Assembly (NCBI GenBank): GCA_965645245.1
Contig: OZ287071.1
Coordinates: 2,232,001 to 2,296,000, forward strand
Origin: Massalongia carnosa
Taxonomy: Eukaryota
DNA: 64,000 nucleotides
Direction of reading: 5' to 3'
The position numbers and the translations under genes are program-made. Within the stretch, counting starts at the first letter, position 1, and every line of letters starts with the position of its first letter. This document shows, one piece after another, positions 38,657-50,643 of this stretch. The notes beneath the pieces are model-generated. The model saw nothing but the letters and a program-made list of their open reading frames with translations, was not told the origin of the DNA and made no database searches.

Positions 38657-39841
38657 ATGACCTCGTCGACCCCCAACCGGACTCCCAGAAGCCGCTCCCT
38701 CGGCTTCTCCAAACACGATATCCTCGACCCAACTGTTTACATCTCTCCACGGCGAAAACGCAGTCTGGAACTCCTCACAATCCTTTCCCCGACCTTTGGC
38801 GCCTCCGTGAAACGGCCCGGCCTCCCCCCACCCCTCAAAAAGCTAATCCGCCAATTTATGATTGCGAACAGCTACGCTTTCAAAGCCGCGCACCTTCGGC
38901 ATCGCAAGCAGCTCTGGCGCAGCCTCCTCGCGCGCCTGGATTTGCTGGATGATCTCGATATTTGTGGGGGGGAGCTGGAAGGGAATGTTGAGGATCTAAA
39001 AAAAAGGCTGAAGAGGCACTGGTTGCGGGTTCGGGTTTATGTTGATAATCAGTCACAGCGGTGGCAGCGACAAGGGTTACTGGAGAGGGATGCTAGTACA
39101 GGGAAAGTGACATTTGATACGCGCATGTCGACATGGACAGATCCGAAGTGGGACGGTCGAATGATTTTCGATGACGACGAGAAGAAAGAGGATGATGATG
39201 ACGACGACGACGATAACGATGATGGGGAGGAGGAAGAGGAGGGATATGATGATGAGCTTGAAGTCCTCGAAAACCCCGTCACAGCCAACTCTCCCGGCTC
39301 CGCGGGCCAGAACCCCGACTTCTGCCTGTCATCGCTCTCCAAACAAGCTTCAAACATTGCGCACTTGAAACTCAACCATCACCGCTTCTCCGCTATCAAC
39401 CTGACTACCGCGCCAACCCCCCAACTCGCAGCTCCTACTACCCTTTTCCCTGCCCGTCGACGCACACCTTACTCCCCAACAATCCCTTCATTCTCAACCT
39501 CCACGGCTCGAACCCAAACGCAGTCTTACTGCGCCAGCATTGCTACAACTCTAACTTTGGCGCGCGGCATGCTGGACGATGTGTGCGCTTCTTTGCAAGG
39601 AAGTGAGGGTGACGCTTCGACAGCGGTTGCTCAAGGGGGCGAAACTTCTGATATGGATGTTGATGATGAGGTGAAAGTGCCGGAAGAGTCTTGCGGGGGG
39701 GCGGGTAGTGGCATATCTGGTGCAGCTGCAACGGGCCGAGGGTCGGGAAACGCAGAGTTGGCGAGACGATTGGGTAGGGTGCAAGAGGCGCTCGGGGTTG
39801 TAGGAGGTTGCGTAGAGGGGCTGAAAAAACTATCTGGGTGA
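38657..39841 (+). CDS. Hypothetical protein (394 aa, acidic tract), no recognisable family
   Basis: Long single-exon ATG-initiated ORF with a D/E tract; no motif recognised. Confidence 0.45.
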   Translation: MTSSTPNRTPRSRSLGFSKHDILDPTVYISPRRKRSLELLTILSPTFGASVKRPGLPPPLKKLIRQFMIANSYAFKAAHLRHRKQLWRSLLARLDLLDDLDICGGELEGNVEDLKKRLKRHWLRVRVYVDNQSQRWQRQGLLERDASTGKVTFDTRMSTWTDPKWDGRMIFDDDEKKEDDDDDDDDNDDGEEEEEGYDDELEVLENPVTANSPGSAGQNPDFCLSSLSKQASNIAHLKLNHHRFSAINLTTAPTPQLAAPTTLFPARRRTPYSPTIPSFSTSTARTQTQSYCASIATTLTLARGMLDDVCASLQGSEGDASTAVAQGGETSDMDVDDEVKVPEESCGGAGSGISGAAATGRGSGNAELARRLGRVQEALGVVGGCVEGLKKLSG

Positions 39842-40305
39842 GATTCATGGAACGGGGGATGCTGAGTTCGACAGGGTAGTACCGCCCGGCAAATTGGGGG
39901 AAACCTTTCCCCGTGTATTTTATGTTAATCGAGAATCAATTGCATGAATTGATTTCAGGCATGGGCTCATAGAAAGGGATTTAAAACCAATAGATTCAGA
40001 TCGACTTATATGTACATATTTAGCGGCCTTGCACGCTCCCGTCCCCCCCCCTGGAGATGGGCAATAGGGGAAGTGTTATTGAAGCATGTACCTGTGTGTA
40101 TATGTAGCCTGCAAAAATCCATCCGTGTTGGGGTTCGGCGGAAGGAGAAAAAGGGGGTGTGCCTTATGGGGAGTCAGATTGGCAGAATCCGGTTTGTCGG
40201 ATCGAGGCGCTTTCTTTATGTAGTCGTTCCCTTCCTGCCTAGTTAAAAGCCATGTGCTGCCTAAAATCTCCACCCTGCAACCCATTTCCCCTTAGCCATA
40301 ACATA

Positions 40306-41642
40306 CAGTACTAGGCCAAAAGTCTGCGGCCCCGCACCCCACCAACATTTCAATCATTCTATTCAATCAACAATCAACCACGTCACGATTGCTGAAATGT
40401 CTTGAAACTTTACATAATGATTACATACATACTAAACAAGAATTCTCCCAAAAATTGATTTTTAATATTTAGTATACCATCCTTCCGACGCTATACACGC
40501 TTTTATCCCCTATTCATGCTCTCTATTAACCTCCTCATCATTTTCACATCTATCAACGTCCAGGCTTCTTCTAACGCTTTCCAAAGTACCTCACGAACAG
40601 TTTCATCACTGCCGATCACCAAATCTATGTTCGGGTTGACTTGATAGACGAGCTTTTTTGAGCACATACCAAACGTGCTCGATGGGATTTAAATCAGGTG
40701 AATAGGGGGGCCAATCGATGACCTCTATGCCGTTCTCATTGAACCATTCCATCACCTTTTTAGCCTTATGTATAGGTGCGTTATCCTGCATGAAAATGAG
40801 GCCCGGTTGCCAAATTCCAAGCAGATTATCGTTCAATAATTCCAGATATGAGTTCGCCGAGTACCCCATCTTCTTCGCAGCAAAATCACGAGCCAATTTG
40901 TAAAGATCTGACCTGTCATCTCCCCAAAAAGCTGCCCAGACCATGACACTGACTCCTTTGCCTTTGGGGACAGGTTGTATCATCTCTTTATTCCATTTTT
41001 CTTTCGGCAATCTGAACACCCACTGACGCTGTTTTCCTGACCCCTTTTCCACCGAGCACTCATCTGACCATATAACTCTTGACCACTGCTCAAAAGTCCA
41101 CTCACGCCGCAGCAAGCACCAATCCAATCGTTTCTTGGCCACCTCAGGCGTCAATAAAGGTCGTTTTTTAGCCACCCAGTTGGTTAAACCATACAGTTTG
41201 AGTGCCCGATAAATGGTCGTACGACTGCAGCGGAGCCCCACTTCTAGTTTGATTTGTGCATAAGTGATTCGTGGATTGATTCGTGCATGCTTGATGATAT
41301 AACGTCGATCGCGTTCTGACAGCACTTCAGGCCGTCCAGAACGTGATTTAGACACGCCGTCGTTGCGAATTGAGTGCTTCTGAATGGTGCTCTGCACGGT
41401 CGATTTAGTGAAATTAAGAGTCTTCCCAATCTCGGTCGGTGTGTGCCCCAACGCCTGGGCCCCAACAATCATACCACGTTGATATGGCGTCAATTCAGTG
41501 TTACGAGGCCGATTACCACTTATGGGGGTCAAAGAAGCACGAAGCATGGTGAAATGATGAGGTGGAAGATGGGGGTTGATGAGTTGAAAACGCGAAATCA
41601 CGAAAATTACGGGTTGGGCCGCAGACTTTTGGCATGGGACTG
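40306..41642 (-). mobile_element. Tc1/mariner-superfamily DNA transposon (Tc1-like, DD34E), 1337 bp
   Basis: 27-bp TIRs: CAGTACTAGGCCAAAAGTCTGCGGCCC (40306-40332) vs reverse complement CAGTCCCATGCCAAAAGTCTGCGGCCC (41616-41642), 24/27 identical. TA duplications at 40304-40305 and 41643-41644. Confidence 0.95.
40462..41547 (-). pseudogene. Tc1-like transposase, frameshifted near the C-terminus
   Basis: HTH region with SGRP, KKRPLL, WSDE, QDNA, WPPYSPDLNPIE (34 residues between D and E). An apparent +1 A in a run at 40654-40659 and a -1 near 40507-40510 interrupt the canonical tail KKLVYQ...LEEAW...IESM..IKACIASEGWYTKY* (stop 40462-40464). Confidence 0.8.
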
Positions 41643-44600
41643 TAACATCTCCCAAAACATAAGATGATATGTAAAGTGCCCGCATCCGTCCTCCGGCTTC
41701 CCACTCTCCCCATGTGTATATATATCTCTCTCTACCTCCGTTAACCAGACCATCATCCTTAAACCACCCCTCAAGCTTTCCTCTCCAAGATCGATCTACT
41801 AGAAGCGGCGCTGCTCTCTCATGACCGGTTACTTAGTCCTAGCCCGCGGGCGAAAGGGGGCTTTTGGAAGAGGAAAGGGGGAAGTAGCGGTAGGTGCGGG
41901 TGCGTACTTGGTTTATTTTTTATGGAGTTAAGGCGGCTTGTTTCATGGGATAGATCCTGGCTGGAGTGAGCGGGAAGGAGCGAGGAGGGGGGGGGGGGGG
42001 GGCGAGGAATCTTCAGGCACTTTTTCTCCCTCCCCTTTCCCCGTTGGTTCTAGGAAGACTGGTCCGGTTTTGTTCGTGGAATTTTTAAAGAACTACTGCT
42101 GCTGAGAGAGCCAGGGTGTTGCGCCGGATATATTCGTAGCATCTCGTTGAGAGAGCCAGGGTTTAGCAGGTGAAGGGTGGGGTGGTGAGGCGGTGAATGT
42201 GAAAGTTTGCTGCTCTTCGTGAATTTTTGGGATGCACTACTTGTTCCCTGGATGTTTTCTATCTTCCTAGATGCCGGCATCCGTGTCTATACCAACCACT
42301 CCCCTCCCCTTTCTTTCATTCTTTCTCCTCTTATCAACCGGCACATCCCATCTCATCCATCTCTTCTTCCTTTCTCTCCTACTCACGGCTGAATTCGATC
42401 CAAATCAATATTCTTAAGACATGTATACCCGTCCATCTTCTAGTTTCTTATTGTTCTCTTTGCTCTGTCGATATAACTCTACTGCACAATACTCTCAAGG
42501 GGTGGGAAAATCCTCGTGATCTGCATTACGCCAGAGCTTACTTTCTTTATCTATCGTCAGGACCATAAACTAAGTATGTATAAATCTTAACCTGTTGGCG
42601 CCTTTCCAACCACTTTTGTTCGTCTATAGCAATCGGGCCAACAAAGAAGTAAGTTGTTACGGTCGGAATCGATAGGATTTCTTATATATTAACGTGAATA
42701 ATAGTTCCAAGTAGTTATTTGCCACCGCTAGCTTCGTGCAAGAAGAGCCAAGGGCCTCTCCATAGAGAAATTTGTTGGAGGTCCTTCGAAGCGAGAAGTA
42801 AAGTCCGTATCATAAGCATCTACCGTCTCTGGCGATAGTACTCGCACTTAACCAGTAACATTACCTTGATTTTGCAAGGTGCACTCCATAGGGTCCTTTC
42901 TCATCTTCACCCGCAGAACTCCGCAATAAAGAAGCATATCTAACGTAGGTTTAGAATTATAGAAAAGATCTGAAAAACATCGTCGTCAACTTGAGTGCGT
43001 CCATTTCGAGAGGGAGTGGGATCCCGAAGAGGCTTGACGATATGATCGAACAACAGCAATCTATACCCTTTCGTGCAAGCCATGCATACGGAGCCTGTTG
43101 GCCTTGTCCCTTGCTTCCCTCCTCTGTCTAACTTTCTTTTTTTCCTCCTATTGGTCCTATAATCTCTACGCCTGCTCCTCTGCAGGCTCTCCGCAAGAGA
43201 AGACAGCGACAGAAGATGGTTGAGAAATATTTCGTGCTTCTTCCAGAGGGAAAGCGCCTTCACCGCCACCCGAAAATTACTGAAGGTTGCTCATAAGTCT
43301 GGTTGATATGGTATTTAGGGAGTAAAAACATGCTCAGTCTTTTCTCCACCGCGTCTCCCGCAAATCAACCTTGCTTATAGATATTAATCTCCTGGTATTT
43401 GCCATCAAGCTATACGCCGAGAGAAATGTATGCCATTTAGATAAGAAATCTAGGGCTGGAGGGTGGATCCAGCTCAGCTAGCTCGGCTCCTGGTTGCAAG
43501 AGTCTCACGGAGATCTCTCTTTATATCCCGCGCTTCGAATACATGAACGCTAGTTAATGTGGATGGTACGAGTCCAGTGGGTAGAAGTGCATGTCCAAGT
43601 CCTACCAAGTCACTCCATCATCCTGCCTCCATTGGAAACTTGATCATGAATAGAGCTATACCTGCAAGACACTGGGGGTCTCTGCTCGCCTTGCGAAACG
43701 GGAGTCATCTAGTCACGCTAGGCCGAAGTAATAGTTAGACGTTCATTTTCAACTTAGTTATGTCGCAATACTCAGTGACTTCTACGTACAAAAATCCACA
43801 GCAGCATCTTATATAGAAACAGAAACAAATTTTTACAACTGACTAGATGATTTTGTTGCCCCTTTGATTAGCACTTGTAATAGCACTGCCTCAAGAATGC
43901 AGAGACTGGATGAAACTAGGTTTACAGTCTCTTTATTTTGGATCTGCAGAATAAACCTATCCGATTTTGGTTCAGAATGCCCCGGCAATTAAGATAATAG
44001 AGGAGGGACTGGATCCGATTTTGGTACAGGAATCAAGAAATGGTATTTTCGCTCCTTGAGTCCCCCCTGACGAACTTGTACGTAATCAACAATATTCTGT
44101 ACTTTGGCAGAACACCCACATTGAGTTTCAACTCATCGGAAAGAAGGCTCAATATTGATGACAAGATCAGATAGTGACAAGACTAACCTCATGTGAAAGC
44201 GAGTGAAAAAAGATTCGAAATTCTATAGCGCTATAGGGAAGCGAAAAAAGGTTAGGAGTCATTACACTTCCTGAAGGTTTCTCGAAAAGGGTTGGGTAAC
44301 AGATGGAGGTGCAGATGGGAGCGTGAGATCGATAGTATAGCTGTCAGAGACAGAGTAGTAAGGATGCTGAAAATACTCAAGGGGCTACGAAATTGATGAA
44401 GGTAATGACAATGCACGAAAATGTAGGTACCTAGTAGACGATAACTGGTTGAAAATGACGCTTTAACCGTGAGAATGCAGCTTACCATTTACAAAAAAGG
44501 GATAAATTGAGCAATGTCGGGCAGCTCCAATTATTTTGCGAATGAAATGATGGTATACATAGTCCCAAGAAAAGCATGAATCGGATTGCGGAAGATGGGA

Positions 44601-45273
44601 AGGGTCTTCATAGAAGCTGAAAGGAGAAACCAGAGTTGGATGTACCAAGTTAATGGAAACCTGAGCACTTTATTTTAATATAAGTAGATATTACCTATCG
44701 GTCTCAACACCTATCTAAGAATGTATCTAGCTGCCCCCATGAATTATCCATTAACCGCTAGATCTGTTCATTGAGAGCTCCTCTCAGATGGTCAGGCTAC
44801 GGGGAACCGAGATCAAGGAGTGCTGATAGGGTAGCGTAGCGTTTGTTGTGGATTAAATTTTCGTTAGAATCAGATAAATGGGATAGCTTTAGAGTAAAAT
44901 GGGTTGCTGAGTTGGTAAATATCTAGTAGATGACTTACTGAATCGGTAGATGTGTTTAGTTGGGTGTCTTGGTGGATTTATTATAGGTCTTTAGATAGAT
45001 GGCTTAAACAGAAGCATAGTTGCAATCATCCATCAGAGGTTGATATACATATCATACGCGGTAGGTTCGCTATAGACGAGCCGCCATTGCTGCGGAGTAT
45101 TTCTTACAAGTTAATTCCGATGTGCTTCAGTCAAATATTTGCACGTCTGTAGATTCAAAGGAATTTGGAGCGGAAACAGAAGAAACTCACAACGACTCAG
45201 CAAAAGTCAGGCTTCTTGTCAACTGGAAGAAACCAAAGATAGAGCAATAGTATGGATGGCACGTGGGACTAGC

Positions 45274-46351
45274 TCAACTTGACTGTACGGCCACAGCATC
45301 AGGAACCTTGGAGCTCTGGGTTGAAGGAAAGAAACATTTCTTGGTCCCTGAAAGAAGCTCGACTAATCCCATAGGAAGAAGATGTTTAAGGAGAAGAATC
45401 AACAGTGAGGGGTTTCCTACAGCTCCCCTGCTGGAGGCAATCGCTTGAGGCTTGCTCTTGTACGTTAAGATTCTGTTCTGTTTATCTGGGTCTACCATAT
45501 ATGGCTTGATGTCTGCTTCTCCTCCGTCTGTAATAACAGCTTCTATCTCGCACACAAGCACTAAAAGTCTCTTCATAATATCCACCGCTTCACTGATAAT
45601 ATCTTCACACTCTGCGGCGGTGAGAGCTGGCTCGATTTCAAGTACGTAGCGTTTATACTCGGCCTTCAGGTCCTCACCATCAGTGGATCCACAAAATTTC
45701 CAGAAGCTAAGTGGAACTGTCATATGCTCCTCCGTATCCCCAAGCTCAACAGTAGCTAAGGTCGCTGAAGTATTAGAGGCGAATGTGGTACACCAAAAGT
45801 CATCTCCAGCTGACTGAAGTTTAGCACGAATGTAGCGGCCCCCAGAGAACAATGCCATGTAAAATACCCATGTATAAGCAAGGTGTACATGGGGCTTTTT
45901 GCTAAGAGACTCGTGTATATGCGCGATAAACGTCCCGAGATAGGGGAGAGTTTCGCTGTCATTCTCCGTCTTGTTCGCACCAGCAGAACTCAAGGCCTGG
46001 AGATAAGTTACCGGGAGTAGGCATTTCAAATCCCGTTCTAATCGCCTAGAGCGTTGAAGCTTTGCGATGTGCATGGGAAGAATGGCCGGACACTTGCTAT
46101 GAGCAGAATAGAAGGGGGTGAAGGAAGAGGACTCGAAAGCGGCATATATGGGAAGGAAGTAAGCCATTCCGTAGGCGTAAAGTTCGGGAGTGCCAGAGTA
46201 AGGGGGAAGAGCACGAGGAAGAAGATGTAGGAGGAGTCGGTTGAGGGCGGTGTGATGAGCTCTGGGGGGACGTAGTTAAGTAAGTCTTCAAGAAAAGGGG
46301 CCTAGAGATTACAGACCTTGTTGCTGTGTTGATTTCTTCAGCGAGAGACAT
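45274..46351 (-). CDS. Heme oxygenase-like protein (HMX1-like)
   Basis: Exon 46351-46317 MSLAEEINTATR, intron, then AHHTALNRLL...LPP...YAYGMAYFLPIYAAFE, LQRSRRLERDL, KPHVHLAYTWVFYMALFSGGRYIR, GEDLKAEYK. The 3' end is uncertain. Confidence 0.82.
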
Positions 46352-46853
46352 GACCACATGAGATTGCTGAATGAGACGGGCAGGCAATAACTCGATAACT
46401 TAGTTCTTTTGAAATTAGAAACACTATCCAAACTTTTTTCTAAAACATAGAAAATGTGTTAGAGTCATGGAACTCTCATCGAAGCCTGTTACGGTTTGTT
46501 ACAATAATTCCTAAAACAAAGAGAAACTAAAAAGAAAGTAATCACAACATCGGACAAGAATGGTGAAGAATGACCACAAGGACGATGACGGCAGGCGTCA
46601 TGTATTCCGGTGTATCCTTCTCGCTGGCAGAATAGTATCACCCACCAGGAATAAAGTTTTCCGCATACATTCTGCCGAATAACCAAGAGTCACGTGCCGA
46701 TACACTGGCGAGCTCGCTTGGCAGGCCTTGCTTATGCGAGTTAGCTACCGATTAGGCTAGCACATATTCTCAGAGTAAAAAAAAGTCCCCACATTCTTTC
46801 TCTCGCTATATAATCTCATCGCCACCGCCAGTAACGTCTTGGTTGCACCACAT

Positions 46854-48128
46854 ATGGCACAAGAACGTGAGGGCTATAAGGACCCTGGGCCAAACACTAA
46901 AGGTGGAGGGTTTCGAGGTGGGCCAAAGCGATGGACTGGGGCAGGGCCTAGACCTGCTCGACACATTCCATGGCCCGAGGTAAGCCGGCCTTTCTATACC
47001 AAGAGGAATAGCTAATGACATTTGGTGGACCAGATCTTTAAGCATCATATATCGTTGATCGAGGGTCACTTAAAAATGACCGATATGGTGAGGAAACACA
47101 CAGTGGAGGGTACCGGCAATTGGCGTGTAATTAGTGATATAGTCGATCGAACGAAAGAAATGCTCTACGTCGCTAAGTCTACAGCGCGAACTTTTGTATG
47201 TCATTCAGCTTGTCCAAAATTTTCCTAGAAGTATGTTAAGAGTAAGCAGGTGCCGCCGGTTAATCATCTTGAGCAAGTTCCCCTTGGCTCTTCTTCGGCT
47301 TCGATGTATCCTGGCTACTCGCCAGCAGATCATGTTTATGGCAAGGCAGCCGAAGAGTACGGCTCGTTTGTAGCGGCCGCCAAAGCCCAGGGCATTGATA
47401 TTAAGCATCCGGATATCGACTACGAGGTTGGCCAGGCAAGGGGTTTCAAAGGGAAAACGCTGGAAGGGATACGAGAAGTCATTGCAGTCAAACATGGCGG
47501 CCCTGGTAGTCGTGGCGCCGGCTTAGCCCCTGGTGGTCCACCAACCAAACCTCAAACGCCTTATACCTTGAATTCTCAAAATCAAGCGAAGAAACCGGAG
47601 GAGTCGATAGAGGAGACTAGCAAGGAGGCAGTTACCAATAGTGACCAGCCATGCTTTGTGATTGATGTCAACCCAACACCGGTAGATATACCTGGTATTA
47701 CGCCCAAAGCATCCAAACGAAGCGCTACCCCACCGGAGCCCATTGAAGTACAGAAGTCCAAAAAGGCCAAGAAAAATCATGTTGGCGACTTACCTGGGAT
47801 ATCAAGTAGTTCTGTTGTAGAGTTTGAGGATATCTCTCAAGAGGTAGATGCACGTTTAAAGGAAAAGGAAGCGAAGCGAAAACGGAAGGAGGAGAAGAAA
47901 CGCAAGAGGGAACTGGGAGAGTCTCCTGTTGTGCAAACTGAGATATCTGTTACTGCTCTTGCTGCCGAATTGGAAGAGTCAAAAAAGAAGAAATCGAAGA
48001 AAGGTAGCGATGACGTTGTTGCTAACGGAACTGCAACGAAGAAGCGAATTAACGTTGAAGATGCCGAGGGGCAAGGGGAAGGCAAGAAGAAAAAACGGAA
48101 GAAGAGCCAAAAGGAAGTTGATGCATAA
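46854..48128 (+). CDS. Hypothetical protein with lysine-rich C-terminus
   Basis: Exons 46854-46979, 47034-47196, 47250-48128 splice in frame. Contains FVIDVNPTPV and VEFEDISQEVDARLKEKEAKRKRK plus a basic NLS-like tail. Confidence 0.65.
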
Positions 48129-50643
48129 CGGTGTTCTCGATAGAATTTTAAGCAAGTTACAAGTCTTCTGGATTTGGACAGCAGCCTGCATTTGCTCCTT
48201 TTAGAGAGCCAAAGAGGCCCTCAGGATGCTTACTATGCCCCACTGAACCTAATCCGATATCTGTAAAGCTATAGTTTTTTCACTCGTCTCTGGCAGCCAA
48301 ATTTAGCATTTTTACAATATCAAGTTGCCCTTAACGCTTGTGAATTTCTCCTTGCATTTGAACAGAAGAGAGCTTCGACTCACCACGGAATCGTGGATCT
48401 CCAGATATCCTCATATTCTTCTCATGTTTGATGTTTACTTATATTTGGTTACTTTATCGTCTACTCTTTTCGATAGCCACCAATCCTCACCTCCTATTTC
48501 TTTTCGCCTTCATCAAACTACGGCTCCTATCTAAGTCAGAGTTCTGAAACAAAGCTGGTCTAAATTCTTACATGACAGTTCATCTTGGACTAGTGTCACA
48601 ACGTACATCAGTCTAGGATTACACGTGCTCCACTTTAGGAATCAGATTTTGCCTACGAGCAAGTTAATGCAGGTCGATATGTCCTTGGCAACAAGCAGCA
48701 ATCTAAGAGTGTCAGTGTTATGCCTACGATTGCTGCCGGTAACCATCCGGATAGCCACGTCAATGGTACGTTGGTAGAATTACTTGTATCAATTCTGAAT
48801 TCGTTCTTGCTGCACGGTTAGCTTCTGAAAGTTTGTCAGATCCACCACCAGCGTTAGGAGAGCCCAATATTACCCAGATCACTCCGCATCCCTAATCCAG
48901 GTTTGGCAAAGCGCTACATTTCTTCCCTAAGAACAAAAACGTATGATATAGTGGAGATTTGTTCACTTCAACGACTAGTATCCTCGCTATGATGTGAAGC
49001 TAGAACTTGACATTATTTTTGAAATTATACAGCCTCAAATCACCTGGTTCAGTGGCACTGCATGAGTAGTACAGCGTGGCTCTTGACAGAAGATGTTTTA
49101 AACCAGGTCCACATAATCACGAGGAAAACCAGCATACCAGTCTCCAGAAGCGGACTGTGTTTCGTATGGCCGTAACAAGCATCGAAGTCAACCTGCCACG
49201 TCGAGGAACCGAGTTGTAAGCATGGAGATTAGGGGGATATGGGATAGGGCAAACTGGAAGGGAGAATGGGCGGCGAGTGAACGGCAGGAAATCAATGTCC
49301 GGTGTAGCTGAGGGATTTCTTCCTCCTGTAAGTATGAATATCCATGTCCATGTGGCGGAGCCTCCATGTCTATTTTGCCTAGAAGGGAAAGAGGTTTGCT
49401 AGAGCGAAAAAGAGGAAAACCTGAGTGCATAAAAAGATAGCACGCGACTAGGAATCCGAAAGGGAAAAGAAAAGAAAAACCTTCTCAACGCACCGGGGAT
49501 ACTCGTAGCCAATATATGTTGTCCCATAGTACCGTCAATACTGGAGTACTTGACCAACCGAATCAAACATTCGTGCCTTACTCGCTGGCACAACCCAAGG
49601 CCCAAATGCGTACCCCGTCCATAACCCCCATCTTCAAGCCCCTTCCTACCAGACCCAGAACGAACGGGTAAGCCACTAGCCATCTATCTACATCACTTTG
49701 TCCCACATAGAGCCGTTATGTACCTACCTACATACCTACCTGCCCACCTCCCCAAGCGTAAGTAATAGCAGTAGCTATGCTGAGCACTAGCTCAGGGGTA
49801 GCTGCTACGTACACGCTTTGCTTGCTGCAGCGTTATGGAGCCAGGTCCGGCGAGTAGGACGACGCGTGGGTCCTGGGTTGTGGGAAATGCGTGGTTAGGC
49901 GGGTGGTTTGGTTGGGAAACCCTGGGTACGTTCTGGGGAGAGGGGAGAGGGGAGGAAGGGAAAGGGAGGGAGAAGACGGAGAAGGAGAAGCGGAATTAAT
50001 AACGCCGCAGAACTTCCAGCTCCATTTTCCTCAATCTTTTAAAAGGGACAATTGATCGGGTTTTAACGTTAGTTGATTAGTTCGTTCTCGAAAACTTGCC
50101 AATATGAGACGGGAAGAAGTAATACATAATACGAAAAAAAAACGAGTTTGATGAACATACACATACGCGTACCTAAATAAGTAGATAGATATCATCATAT
50201 CGAGCCTTACGCGCGCAGAGGTCGGAGCAGAAGTTTTCGAAAAGATACACATATACACACAAACATATATACATACCTGGCTAGGAGCCTCCAGCTTTTA
50301 AAATTTCATCCCAGCGAAGTTCCTAAATTCGCCGCGACGCGAAGTGATGCGAAGATAGGAGGCATAATAAAAGGTGGTTGATGAATCATGCATTGCGGGC
50401 GAAAATAAAAGATAGGGGTAGATGAAGCTAGATAGGGAGTGAGATGTGAAGGGATGATGATGATGAGGTGATAGAAAAAAATCATCCGTGCAACCGTACC
50501 ACCCCAACCGTGGGCTCCTCACGGAATACAACGCCGCCCACGCTTCCAACAACTCAGCAAGCCAGCAACCCGATAACCTAACGACGGATCTTAACGTAGC
50601 CTATCTCCCTGCTCCCCTCTAATCCCCCAATCTTGCAATCATT

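Noticed and set aside
42500..45200. Gene-poor stretch with short ORFs (e.g. 42940-43269), a possible decayed gene or TE relic
   Set aside because: No motif, terminal repeat or consistent reading frame was found.
49766..49808. Imperfect hairpin tagcagtagct-atg-ctgagc-acta-gctcag-gggt-agctgcta
   Set aside because: It is short, lies in low-complexity DNA and has no tRNA, snRNA or MITE hallmarks.
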